A stretch of DNA of 64,000 bases from Methanobacteriota archaeon (GTDB lineage: Archaea; Thermoplasmatota; Poseidoniia; Poseidoniales; Poseidoniaceae). The notes under the pieces were generated by a model. The model was not told the origin of the DNA and searched no databases. It saw only the letters and a program-made list of their open reading frames with translations. The translations under genes were made by a program, and so were the position numbers. The stretch lies in the NCBI GenBank assembly GCA_002722615.1, contig PBMQ01000035.1:2460-66459 (forward strand), written 5' to 3'. Shown piece after piece: positions 47,520 to 56,559 of the stretch (within the stretch, counting starts at the first letter, position 1; each line of letters starts with the position of its first letter).

Positions 47520-47837
47520 ATGACTGAAGCTCGCATCGTTTACGTCGGAAAAAAACCCTCATTCTCCTATGTCAAAGCCGTGTTGATGGCGATGAAAGAG
47601 GGTGAGCGTCTCGTACGCCTACAAGCCCGAGGGCAAGCCATCAGCAGGGCAGTAGATGTTGCTGAAATCTGTCGCAGACGGAACGGCGTTCTTGCTTCGA
47701 TGTTACCGGAATCGGTCTCAATTGTGAATATCGAAACAAGTTCGGTCGAACTTCAAGATGAAGACGGTCGAGCCAAGACGGTGAGTAGTATGTTCATCGA
47801 TCTTCTCGGCGAAGGCGATATGGCTGAAGAGGAATAA
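47520..47837 (+). CDS. albA: Alba DNA/RNA-binding protein
   Basis: RIVYVGKKPSFSYVKAVLMAMKEGERLVRLQARGQAISRAVDVAEI is typical Alba. The ORF opens at a GTG (47505). Confidence 0.85.
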   Translation: MTEARIVYVGKKPSFSYVKAVLMAMKEGERLVRLQARGQAISRAVDVAEICRRRNGVLASMLPESVSIVNIETSSVELQDEDGRAKTVSSMFIDLLGEGDMAEEE

Positions 47838-48194
47838 TCACAGCAACGCCATTCGACGTTCAATTTCTTGAGCAGTCGCTTCAAAGACCGCAAGTGACTG
47901 TCCTACAGGATCATCCAGTTCCCAATCTTGGTCGATCCTCATCATGGGGCAGGAAACTCCGCAACCCATTGAGATGACCATATCAAAATCTTCTGCGTTA
48001 AACAAATCAACTGATTTTGGCTCCAATCCATCGGTTGCGATTCCTTTGGATTCAAGGACCTTGAGTGCGTGTTCAGAAACTTGGCTTGCAGGGTGTGTTC
48101 CCGCACTCGCTGCTTCGTGACCTAGGTCGCGAGCAATGCCTTCAGCCATTTGGGAGCGGCACGAATTTCCAACACAAACAAACAACAATCGCAT
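47838..48194 (-). CDS. Low-molecular-weight phosphatase family protein (arsenate reductase/PTP type)
   Basis: CX5R(S) P-loop LFVCVGNSCRSQMAEG. Second Cys pair MGCGVSCP as in thioredoxin-coupled ArsC. DDP acid loop. Confidence 0.8.
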   Translation of the reverse strand: MRLLFVCVGNSCRSQMAEGIARDLGHEAASAGTHPASQVSEHALKVLESKGIATDGLEPKSVDLFNAEDFDMVISMGCGVSCPMMRIDQDWELDDPVGQSLAVFEATAQEIERRMALL

Positions 48195-48258
48195 GAATCG
48201 ATGACTGTGATGTATCTTATCAAGGTTGACTCATTAGAACAATTAGGAAGGAATTGAA

Positions 48259-48597
48259 ATGAGGCCGTTACTCGTATTCTCGGGCTCGTATGTTATTCTG
48301 TTTGTTCTTCACATCCTCTTTGCTGCAAACGATTTGGACGTACTCTTCCGAATCGTTGCGATGATGTTGGTTTGCATGACGTTTCTGTGCGGTCCTCTTC
48401 TTTGGTTTCTCGATCGAGACACTTCTTCGTCGTCTCTTTACAATTCAAAACTCGGATACGCAGTCAGTTTACCTCTCTCTCTCGGAATCGCTTATGCATT
48501 CACTGGGATGGAATTCGCACTCAATGCTAGTATCATCGCCTTGCTGCTAACCTCATTTACGCATGGTGGATGGTTCTTGTTCTTGAAGGGAAAATAA
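48259..48597 (+). CDS. Small membrane protein (4 TM), unknown function
   Basis: 112-aa hydrophobic ORF. AGGAAGG upstream of the ATG. Confidence 0.45.
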   Translation: MRPLLVFSGSYVILFVLHILFAANDLDVLFRIVAMMLVCMTFLCGPLLWFLDRDTSSSSLYNSKLGYAVSLPLSLGIAYAFTGMEFALNASIIALLLTSFTHGGWFLFLKGK

Positions 48598-48631
48598 ACG
48601 CATTGAAGTAGGCAGAACACGTGGTAAGGAC

Positions 48632-49648
48632 ATGTCCGATTCCCCAGTTTCGATGCATACTCCAGGAAATGATGATGTTGATAAAGCACCAGAAGCACCT
48701 GATCCTGCCGCACAAAAACAAATGGAACAAGCCTACGCTCAAATGAGGCGAAAGATGGCAATGGCCGAAATCGGAAAGAAAATCAAGCACAAAATCATGG
48801 TTCTTTCAGGTAAAGGTGGGGTCGGCAAGTCGACGGTTTCAACAGGACTTGCACTCGCTCTTGCTCAGCAAGGTCACAAGGTTGGTATTCTTGACATCGA
48901 CATCACGGGTCCAAACGTTCCGAAGATGATGGGTCTCGATGGAAGAAAGTTACACGTTGAAGCAGGGCGAATCCATCCTGCTCAAGGTCACCTCGGTGTC
49001 AAGGTCATCTCCATGGCGTTCCTTCTTGAAGACGAAGATACTCCGGTCGTTTGGCGTGGTCCAATCAAACTCGGTGCAATCCAGCAATTCATCGGCGATG
49101 TTGAGTGGGGCAACCTCGATTATCTGATTATCGACTTCCCGCCAGGGACATCCGATGAACCACTTACAGTTGCCCAATCGTTGCCAGACATTGATGGAAT
49201 GGTCATTGTTACAACACCACAAGACGTTGCTCTTCTGGACAGTCGTAAATCAATCTCGTTCGCCTCATCGTTGAAAGTACCTGTTCTCGGCGTAGTTGAG
49301 AACATGAGTGGCTATACCATTCAAGGCAAAGGGATGCCAGGTTCTGAGGTTGAAATTGCAGCCCCTGCAGGTCGTACCCTACGTGCCACCTGTGACGATG
49401 AAGGTCGATTTAGCGTCACTCTCGACATCTTCAAAGAAGGTGGAGGAAAGTCAACAGCTGAGGAATTTGGGGTGCCGTTTTTGGGAGCATTACCGTTCGA
49501 TCCTGGCTTCGTTCGCGGTGGAGATGACGGAGTACATCGAATTGTGAGTGAACCTGAGGGTGCATCCGCATCTGCATTTTCACATGTAGTTGCTTCGATT
49601 CAATCCCAATTGGATGGTTCCACTTCCTCCAGTTTGGAAATCATTTGA
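48632..49648 (+). CDS. Mrp/NBP35/ApbC-family P-loop ATPase lacking the CXXC motif
   Basis: Deviant Walker [30 protein letters not shown]. The usual CxxC after ENMS is replaced by a ~40-aa insert. Only one Cys in the whole protein. Confidence 0.8.
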   Translation: MSDSPVSMHTPGNDDVDKAPEAPDPAAQKQMEQAYAQMRRKMAMAEIGKKIKHKIMVLSGKGGVGKSTVSTGLALALAQQGHKVGILDIDITGPNVPKMMGLDGRKLHVEAGRIHPAQGHLGVKVISMAFLLEDEDTPVVWRGPIKLGAIQQFIGDVEWGNLDYLIIDFPPGTSDEPLTVAQSLPDIDGMVIVTTPQDVALLDSRKSISFASSLKVPVLGVVENMSGYTIQGKGMPGSEVEIAAPAGRTLRATCDDEGRFSVTLDIFKEGGGKSTAEEFGVPFLGALPFDPGFVRGGDDGVHRIVSEPEGASASAFSHVVASIQSQLDGSTSSSLEII

Positions 49649-49657
49649 GGTCTACGT

Positions 49658-50011
49658 ATGGCTGATAAACCCCTTGAATTGCGACGCCTCGAGCGTCGAG
49701 ATACAGACATGGAATTGACCTATGAAGACGGGACAACGTTCACTGTTGCATACGATGACCTCCGTCATGCATGCCCATGTGCAAAGTGTGCACCACTTCG
49801 CAACGAAGAAGAGACGAGCATGCAACTTCGACGCACGGTCGAGGCCCTTCCAAAACAAAAGCCGTTGGTGCGTACAGTCGGTAATTATGCCGTTTCTTTT
49901 GAATGGGAATCAGGATGTTCAAGCGGAATTTATCGATATGAACGAATTTGGGATCTTGCACATCGCCGTGATCCTGACCGTGGACGTCCTTACGTTCACG
50001 GCGCTTGGTGA
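49658..50011 (+). CDS. DUF971 domain protein
   Basis: LRHACPCAKCAPL Cys cluster and YAVSFEWESGCSSGIYRYERIWDL are typical of DUF971 (gamma-butyrobetaine hydroxylase N-terminal-like). Confidence 0.7.
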   Translation: MADKPLELRRLERRDTDMELTYEDGTTFTVAYDDLRHACPCAKCAPLRNEEETSMQLRRTVEALPKQKPLVRTVGNYAVSFEWESGCSSGIYRYERIWDLAHRRDPDRGRPYVHGAW

Positions 50012-50087
50012 TTCACGTCCTTCAGCCCGAAATCATGTGCTGGTTTCTTGAGCACAAGCCATCACCCTGCATTTAGGAGGCATTAGG

Positions 50088-52184
50088 ATGGATGGCGTCT
50101 ATCTCACTTGGCTCATCTCGGCATTAGCCGTTGGTGTCATCCTTATGCCGTACTTCAAACCACCTTGGGCGAGGTTGACACTGACTGGGTTTGTCGATTT
50201 CATCCGTCGTTACTGGTTGCACTTGTTAATCGCCCTCTCGATATACAACGCAAAGGATTTCCTTGACCAAATCGATCGAATCTTGATGGCTCGAACAGGC
50301 TTGGATATGACTCCTTACATTTATGCCATTGAAGGGGACCTCGTTGTTTGGTTCCAAGACACCTTCCGGGCAACGTGGCTTGATATCTTCATGACTCATT
50401 TCTACATTGCAGGATTCATGTTTATCACGTATGCATCTATCTTCTATGTGACCTACTTCGATGATCGCTGGATGGCTGATCGCATCTCATTGTGCATTGC
50501 TTGGGTTTATCTTCTCGCAATTCCGTTCTACTTGTTTTTCAACGTGAGAGTTACTGGATTTTACATCGAAGATATGGATGCAATCGCCTACACGCTTAAT
50601 CCAGAGATTGAGGATTGGTTCCGTCGTATTGATGCGTTTACAAATTGCATGCCTTCCCTACACATTGCAGTTCCATTTGCCATTTGGCTGACATTCCGGA
50701 GATACGATCATGACGGTCGTTGGCATCGATATCAAAACATGGTTTTGATTTACATCATCCTTACATCATTTGCAATTATCTATCTCGGTATCCATTGGTT
50801 TGTTGATATCATTGGTGGAATGATCCTTGCAACATTCGCAGTTCACTTGACGGACAAAACCACCAAACCTGTTTGGACACTCTTCGATGAACGTACCATC
50901 AATAGTCGTCTAGCAACCGTTTTGACTCGTCCTGGTCATTCACTGTCCTTCGTATTCAGTCGAGTAAAAGCATACTTTGCGAAGCTAATGAAACCAAGCA
51001 GTACGGAGACTGGAACATTCATTGTAGTGATTCTTATCTTGACAGGTGCAGTCATTACTTGGGATTTAACCCACAATGAACTTCCAGCAGAAGGTGTACA
51101 ATCTGCTCAAGGTGCTGTTGCATCTGAAGGTTGGTTGGCAACCATGGATAATCAATCTGGCGAGGCAATTGTACTGATTCACGATGTATCGGATCCATTG
51201 AGTGAACCCAATACTGTCGATCAACCCTTGATGCAACTCGATTCTCCGTACGCCTTGTATGAGAATTATCTTGCAGTTGCCAATGATACTGAACTGCGTC
51301 TTATCGATGTCGAAAAGCCAAACAATGCTCTTCTTTACCAGCAGCATGAAGGAATCCAGTCGTTACAAATGACAGCTCTACAAGGCAAGCCAGTGGTTCT
51401 ATTCATTGCAGGAGATGTCCTTCATGCCGTTGACCTTGATGGTGATACGGTGCTCACTCCAACCCTACCCAACGGTGAAACAGTCAAACTGATGTCCGTA
51501 TCCGGTATTGAACTCCTCTTGGTTTCAAATCAACAGCCAACAGTACTGCGACTTGGATCCATTGGAACCTCAGGTTCTCAAAATATTGTAGTGAACGCAT
51601 CAACGACAACTGAGCAAAATCGTGTTCTCGAAGAATGGGGACAAACCGTTGATGAACTTAATTCAAGCATTGAGCAAATTTCTTTTGATTCACAACACAT
51701 TGCTGTTCGAGTCAATGTATCTGCCCTAGATCGATTGGTATTGTACGATCGCTCAACTGGTGAACAATGGCTTGGCTTTGACCCAATTTTCCCCGTTGGA
51801 AACATTTCTCTTGGTTACGGCTATGTTGTATGGGAAGCGAAAGACCATTACAATCCATTGAGTTTCGCAGACAAGTATGGTGATTGGGAGATTCATCAAT
51901 TGTATCTCCTCACGAATTATTCAGAACAGTTGACGTCGGATACAATCGATCAAATCAATCCAATTGCACTTGATGGTGGTCTTGCCTACATCGAAGTCGA
52001 AACCGATGGAGAAGTGACAATCAATGTCCTGAATCGAGGGACTGAACTTGCAACATACTCGAGTGTCGTTCTTCAATGGTCGGTCATCTTACTGATCGTG
52101 TTGACGTTTATCTTCATCTTGCAACGACAGAACGAAGAGCAAACGAGTCGAATCATCCATGATAGCGTACTCGAGTCCGAATAA
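50088..52184 (+). CDS. PAP2_3-like membrane phosphatase/transferase domain fused to a large extracytoplasmic domain
   Basis: TAGGAGG SD 7 nt before the ATG. Motifs CMPSLHIAVPF and GIHWFVDIIGGMIL (PAP2 C2/C3-like). ~330-aa beta-rich region. Final TM VVLQWSVILLIVLTFIFIL. Confidence 0.55.
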   Translation: MDGVYLTWLISALAVGVILMPYFKPPWARLTLTGFVDFIRRYWLHLLIALSIYNAKDFLDQIDRILMARTGLDMTPYIYAIEGDLVVWFQDTFRATWLDIFMTHFYIAGFMFITYASIFYVTYFDDRWMADRISLCIAWVYLLAIPFYLFFNVRVTGFYIEDMDAIAYTLNPEIEDWFRRIDAFTNCMPSLHIAVPFAIWLTFRRYDHDGRWHRYQNMVLIYIILTSFAIIYLGIHWFVDIIGGMILATFAVHLTDKTTKPVWTLFDERTINSRLATVLTRPGHSLSFVFSRVKAYFAKLMKPSSTETGTFIVVILILTGAVITWDLTHNELPAEGVQSAQGAVASEGWLATMDNQSGEAIVLIHDVSDPLSEPNTVDQPLMQLDSPYALYENYLAVANDTELRLIDVEKPNNALLYQQHEGIQSLQMTALQGKPVVLFIAGDVLHAVDLDGDTVLTPTLPNGETVKLMSVSGIELLLVSNQQPTVLRLGSIGTSGSQNIVVNASTTTEQNRVLEEWGQTVDELNSSIEQISFDSQHIAVRVNVSALDRLVLYDRSTGEQWLGFDPIFPVGNISLGYGYVVWEAKDHYNPLSFADKYGDWEIHQLYLLTNYSEQLTSDTIDQINPIALDGGLAYIEVETDGEVTINVLNRGTELATYSSVVLQWSVILLIVLTFIFILQRQNEEQTSRIIHDSVLESE

Positions 52185-52836
52185 GCTCGAATCGTTCTAT
52201 CACATCGTCCATCGAAACAGGGTCTCCGCCAGGGGTTGTTTCTGCAGGGCCAAGGGTGCGTTCACATTCTGCATATCCTTCGAGGACTGCTTCAATCGCT
52301 CCTCCTCGATGTGGGTGGGATGCACCAAGAATCTCGAAAAGAACGTGTAAATCAATCCCATACAATTCCGTTTCAAACTCTATCTTGGCGAGGCCAAAAT
52401 CGATCAAGACTGCATCGTTTTCTGGCGTAATGATGATGTTGTTTGTTGAAAGGTCACCATGCACGATGGCTTGTCGATGAAGCATTCGAATGCTTTTGCC
52501 CGCTGTTTTGAGATGTTCAATGACAGTGGTATCTCCAATAGAATCATCGTTCAGAATATCAATGAGCGGTCTGCCTGGGATGTTGCTCATGACCAATTGT
52601 TGCTCTTGGATGTCACAATCGTAGAGAATTGGAATGTTAAGTCCACTCTTGTATAGACGTACCATGAGGCGAGCTTCAGCAATCATTCGTCGACGACCCA
52701 GTCGGTCGTCCAAATCGGGGTGTCGCCAAGAACGAAGACGTCGTTGCTTCCGTACTGCAGGCAGGCCCATCCATGAACCACGCCATACTTCTGCTTCTGC
52801 GCCAAGGTACAGTCGCTCATCAGCAATGAATGCCAT
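52153..52836 (-). CDS. bud32: Bud32/Kae1-associated serine/threonine kinase (KEOPS subunit)
   Basis: GAEAEVWRG, VRKQR, catalytic IVHGDLSTNNIII, LIDFGLA. 227 aa, the typical size. Confidence 0.85.
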   Translation of the reverse strand: MAFIADERLYLGAEAEVWRGSWMGLPAVRKQRRLRSWRHPDLDDRLGRRRMIAEARLMVRLYKSGLNIPILYDCDIQEQQLVMSNIPGRPLIDILNDDSIGDTTVIEHLKTAGKSIRMLHRQAIVHGDLSTNNIIITPENDAVLIDFGLAKIEFETELYGIDLHVLFEILGASHPHRGGAIEAVLEGYAECERTLGPAETTPGGDPVSMDDVIERFELIRTRVRYHG

Positions 52837-52970
52837 TGTGACCTTGGAATTCTTCCCTTTTCATAAGGTCAACGCTTGGCAATGGGTTGAAATTAGAAGG
52901 CGGTTTGGAAGTATTGATACGCATGTCTATTTCACTTGCTATGTGTGCTGTCGATTTTTCCTCGACATCC

Positions 52971-54077
52971 ATGTCTCCTGAGGACATGGCGATTGCTGAG
53001 AGAATTGCTGAATTGAAGCAAAAACTTGGTGACGACCTCTTGATTCTCGGTCATCATTACCAACGAGATAGCATTGTCATGCATGCTGATTTCCTCGGCG
53101 ACTCCTTCATGTTGAGCCAAAAAGCAGCAGAATCAGATGCCAAATACATCGTATTCTGTGGAGTGCATTTCATGGCTGAATCAGCGGATATCCTTACTTC
53201 AGAAGACCAAGTGGTCATGCTTCCTAATCTTCGAGCCGGATGTTCCATGGCAGACATGGCAACACTTGTCGATGTAGAGGAGGCATGGTCTGAGATGATT
53301 TCATCGACGGACCTTCTCGATCCAATCAACAAAGAGGACCCCATTTCTCCTGCAATGGAAGGTGAATCCTATCTTGTGCCGGTCACATACATGAACAGCA
53401 GTGCTGATCTGAAGGATTTCGTTGGACGCCATGGTGGTATCGTATGCACGTCCTCCAATGCAGAAGGTGTCTTGCAATGGGCGTTTGAACGAGCAGGGCC
53501 AAAAGGAGCAGTACTTTTCTTCCCAGACCAACACTTAGGAAGAAACACCGGTCTCCGAATGGGAATTGCCGAGGAACAAATGCCAACCTGGGCGCCCGAT
53601 ATAGGTGCCAGCTCTGACCTCAATGATGCTCGAATCATCCTTTGGCACGGTTTCTGTTCAGTCCACAAGAGGTTCAAACCAAGTCAAATTGCTGATTTCA
53701 GACAGCGCCATCCTGATGGTGTCGTTGTTGTTCATCCTGAATGCCCCAAGGAGACGGTTGAAGTTGCAGACGCCAACGGTTCGACACAATACATCATCAA
53801 TTTCGTCAACGATCTTCCAGAAGGTTCCACCGTTGCAATTGGGACGGAAATCAACATGGTCGCTCGTTTAGCTGACGACCATCCGGACAAGCATATCGAA
53901 TGCCTCGACCCAGAAGTTTGCCCATGTTCAACAATGTACATGATTCATCCAGCATACTTGATGGATCTCCTTGAAAAACTTGAAGATGGACAAATCCACA
54001 ACCAAATAACCGTTACAAATGAGGTGCAGGAAGGTTCCTTGCTCGCATTGGAGCGCATGCTTAGCATTCGTGCTTGA
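52971..54077 (+). CDS. nadA: Quinolinate synthase
   Basis: IAELKQKLGDDLLILGHHYQRD, FCGVHFMAESA, WHGFCSVH, VVVHPEC. Start set at MSPEDM (ORF open from 52887). Confidence 0.85.
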   Translation: MSPEDMAIAERIAELKQKLGDDLLILGHHYQRDSIVMHADFLGDSFMLSQKAAESDAKYIVFCGVHFMAESADILTSEDQVVMLPNLRAGCSMADMATLVDVEEAWSEMISSTDLLDPINKEDPISPAMEGESYLVPVTYMNSSADLKDFVGRHGGIVCTSSNAEGVLQWAFERAGPKGAVLFFPDQHLGRNTGLRMGIAEEQMPTWAPDIGASSDLNDARIILWHGFCSVHKRFKPSQIADFRQRHPDGVVVVHPECPKETVEVADANGSTQYIINFVNDLPEGSTVAIGTEINMVARLADDHPDKHIECLDPEVCPCSTMYMIHPAYLMDLLEKLEDGQIHNQITVTNEVQEGSLLALERMLSIRA

Positions 54078-54497
54078 TTACTCTGCAAGTCTTCGGAGTT
54101 CTTCCACGCTACGAACTTCTGCAAGATAAATTTGTTCGATAGCGTCGTGCAAGTCAGCCTCACCTGCTTCTTCGATCATTGGAATTAGTTCACCGTAAAC
54201 TTCAGCAGCCTTTGTTTCTGTTTTCAATGACTCTGCGAGCATGTCAAGGTAAGAAGAAACGTGTTCAATCGGCATTTGGTTTCGTTCTGTAACAGCCACG
54301 CCGCCAAGTTTGACGATGGCGGATCGAACGATGTTGGAATGAACCATCGATTCGTTGGCCTCAGCAGTAAAGTGAGGTTCAAGCTGAAGCCGATGAATGC
54401 CTCGTATGTATGCCGCATAGTGGGCATACATATTGATAGCACGAAGTTCCCATCCGAGTGCTTCGTTCAATTTTGCAATCAAGTGTTCGTTTGTCAT
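54078..54497 (-). CDS. Ferritin-like/Dps-like di-iron protein
   Basis: LIAKLNEALGWELRAINMYAHYA...FTAEANESMVHSNIVRSAIVKLGG shows the ferritin-like E...ExxH pattern. Confidence 0.6.
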   Translation of the reverse strand: MTNEHLIAKLNEALGWELRAINMYAHYAAYIRGIHRLQLEPHFTAEANESMVHSNIVRSAIVKLGGVAVTERNQMPIEHVSSYLDMLAESLKTETKAAEVYGELIPMIEEAGEADLHDAIEQIYLAEVRSVEELRRLAE

Positions 54498-54529
54498 CGT
54501 CTTCCCCTCATTGTGCTTCCACTTAAAGT

Positions 54530-54907
54530 TCAGGTTGAACTCAGAACGCTTTCAGAAAGCTTCCAGCCGAGCAATGCGACCAGTGGACAAAGAAGCAACG
54601 TAGTGCCAACATAGCCTAGAGCAAGGGTGGTTTGTTGATTCTCAATCATCTGAATTGTTTCTAGGGAAAACGCAGACATGGTGGTTAGCCCACCAAGAAG
54701 CCCAGTACCTAAGAGGAGGGCTAAATCCTTGGAAATGACCTGTTCAGCAAGTCCGATTGCAACAGCACCCATCAAAAATGATCCAACAATGTTGACGGCT
54801 AACGTCGCCCACGGAAAACCATCATTGGAAACCCACTCAGAAGTCAAATATCGTACGGCTGCACCGATTCCACCACCCAACGCAACCATCGCAACCTGTT
54901 GGAGCAT
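54530..54907 (-). CDS. crcB: Fluoride ion channel CrcB/FEX
   Basis: VALGGGIGAAVRYL, NIVGSFLMG, GLLGGLTTMSAFSLE. Start set at the internal Met (ORF open to 54982). Confidence 0.85.
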   Translation of the reverse strand: MLQQVAMVALGGGIGAAVRYLTSEWVSNDGFPWATLAVNIVGSFLMGAVAIGLAEQVISKDLALLLGTGLLGGLTTMSAFSLETIQMIENQQTTLALGYVGTTLLLCPLVALLGWKLSESVLSST

Positions 54908-54991
54908 GCAGCTTGCTCTGCAACAAAGGCCTTGAAGTTCGTGTCGAAATTGAACCGAAAATCCATCAATAAGGGCCTCCAAGCCAAACCC

Positions 54992-55612
54992 ATGCGAACG
55001 GTCTGGTTTATGACAGGAAATTCAGGAAAGGTCCGAGAAGCAAAGCATGCATTGGAACCTTTGGGATTTGATGTGCGGCAACTTGTCATAGATGGTGTTG
55101 AAGTCAGTGAGCCACAATGCGATGACTTGGAGGATGTTGCCCGTTCCAAACTGGACCAAGCTCAACAGTATCTTCCCAACTCAAGCGATGCGCTTATGGT
55201 CGAAGATGCAGGATTGTTCGTTGATGCTTTGCAAGGGTTCCCAGGTGTTTACTCAGCGTATGTTCTCAACACCATAGGCTGCAAGGGCATGCTGCGATTA
55301 ATGGTTGGAGAAGCAAGTAGAGGGGCACAATTTGAGGCCGTTGCAGCATTCCTTCTCGATGGAGAAGTTCATGTCTCAAGAGGAATATGTCGTGGTCAAC
55401 TTTCATTTGAAGCAAGCGGGAACGAAGGGTTCGGATTTGATCCAATTTTTATACCAGATGCGATCGAAGTCGATGGAGATTTCAGTTCAACATCGGGGTT
55501 GACATTTGCCGACGTTGACCTTTCTGTCAAGGAACAATTTAGTCATCGACGCAAAGCATTGAACGGTCTTATCGAACTACTCTTGACAACCGAGGCGGCA
55601 TCATCGTCATAA
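54992..55612 (+). CDS. rdgB: Non-canonical NTP pyrophosphatase (ITPase, RdgB/HAM1 family)
   Basis: FMTGNSGKVREA, VEDAGLFVDAL, GFGFDPIF, FSHRRKA. Start set at MRTVWF. Confidence 0.85.
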   Translation: MRTVWFMTGNSGKVREAKHALEPLGFDVRQLVIDGVEVSEPQCDDLEDVARSKLDQAQQYLPNSSDALMVEDAGLFVDALQGFPGVYSAYVLNTIGCKGMLRLMVGEASRGAQFEAVAAFLLDGEVHVSRGICRGQLSFEASGNEGFGFDPIFIPDAIEVDGDFSSTSGLTFADVDLSVKEQFSHRRKALNGLIELLLTTEAASSS

Positions 55613-55641
55613 GCAGGGAGTTCTTGGAGGGAATGATAGGC

Positions 55642-56550
55642 ATGGGGTTCTTACGCAATACAATCGCAATGGCGTTTGTTGCTACCTTGTTGTTCTATTT
55701 TGTATCCGTTGGTGAAATGGAAGAGGCTCAACAATGGATCACCATCGGTGTGATGGTGACACTTGGTCTTGGATACATTCTTTCTGGCTCTCCATCGTTT
55801 GAACTTCCTGTTCAGCCCAAGGCAGCAGCATCCCCCTCTGCGAACGTTGTTGCAAAAGAGCCTCAGTCTGAGGTGGCCTCTGAAGAATCCGTTACTCCTG
55901 AGTCCAAACCTGTCCAGACAATGTCTCTCAAGGAACGTAAAGCCGCTAAGATTCAAGCCGCACAGGAAGCACAACGTGCTGCAATGGCAGCCGCCAATGG
56001 CGATGACGAGGTTGTCATGGAAGTCTTACCTATCGTTGAAGTTGAAGCGGTCCACGTTGCAGACGAGTACGTGGTCGAAGTCAGTCCTGAGTCAGTAGAG
56101 GAGGCTGACATTCAAGCAACGGTCAAAGAACGTGCTTCCCGACATGAGGAAATTCGAGCGAGAATCGAAGCACGTCGACGCTCTCAGATGGCTGATATTC
56201 GCGCATCGACCTCTCGCATGTGGGAAGAGAATGTTGTTCGAGAAGATCTTGTGGCGTTGCTCCAAAACGAAGGCCACGGTATGACAGTTCTCGATGAACC
56301 TCTGCAACCTGACCCTGGTCACATTTACGGTGCAACCTTCATCAGAATCGATGATCAAAGAGTCCTCAAATACCGTTCTCAACTCGATGCAGGATTTGAA
56401 GCGGTTGATTCTCCAAAAGCAGAGCCTGAGCCATCACTCTCCGACCTTCCTCCATTAATCGGTCCTGACGGAAACCCACTTCCATTACCTGATTTACCGA
56501 GCCCCTCTGGAGCTCTTGCAGCATTGAAGATGGAAATGGATGAAGATTGA
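55642..56550 (+). CDS. Two-TM protein with Ala/Glu-rich and Pro-rich regions, unknown function
   Basis: GGAGGG 10 nt before the ATG at 55642 (ORF opens at a TTG, 55624). AAKIQAAQEAQRAAMAAANG. Tail PPLIGPDGNPLPLPDLPSPSG...MEMDED. Confidence 0.45.
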   Translation: MGFLRNTIAMAFVATLLFYFVSVGEMEEAQQWITIGVMVTLGLGYILSGSPSFELPVQPKAAASPSANVVAKEPQSEVASEESVTPESKPVQTMSLKERKAAKIQAAQEAQRAAMAAANGDDEVVMEVLPIVEVEAVHVADEYVVEVSPESVEEADIQATVKERASRHEEIRARIEARRRSQMADIRASTSRMWEENVVREDLVALLQNEGHGMTVLDEPLQPDPGHIYGATFIRIDDQRVLKYRSQLDAGFEAVDSPKAEPEPSLSDLPPLIGPDGNPLPLPDLPSPSGALAALKMEMDED

Positions 56551-56559
56551 GGACTGCTG

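Noticed and set aside
54908-54991. Fluoride riboswitch (crcB motif) upstream of crcB
   Set aside because: I read the 84-nt divergent spacer on the minus strand and saw nothing resembling the conserved crcB-motif pseudoknot core. Only the AAGGCCTT palindrome is present. An Rfam scan would settle it.
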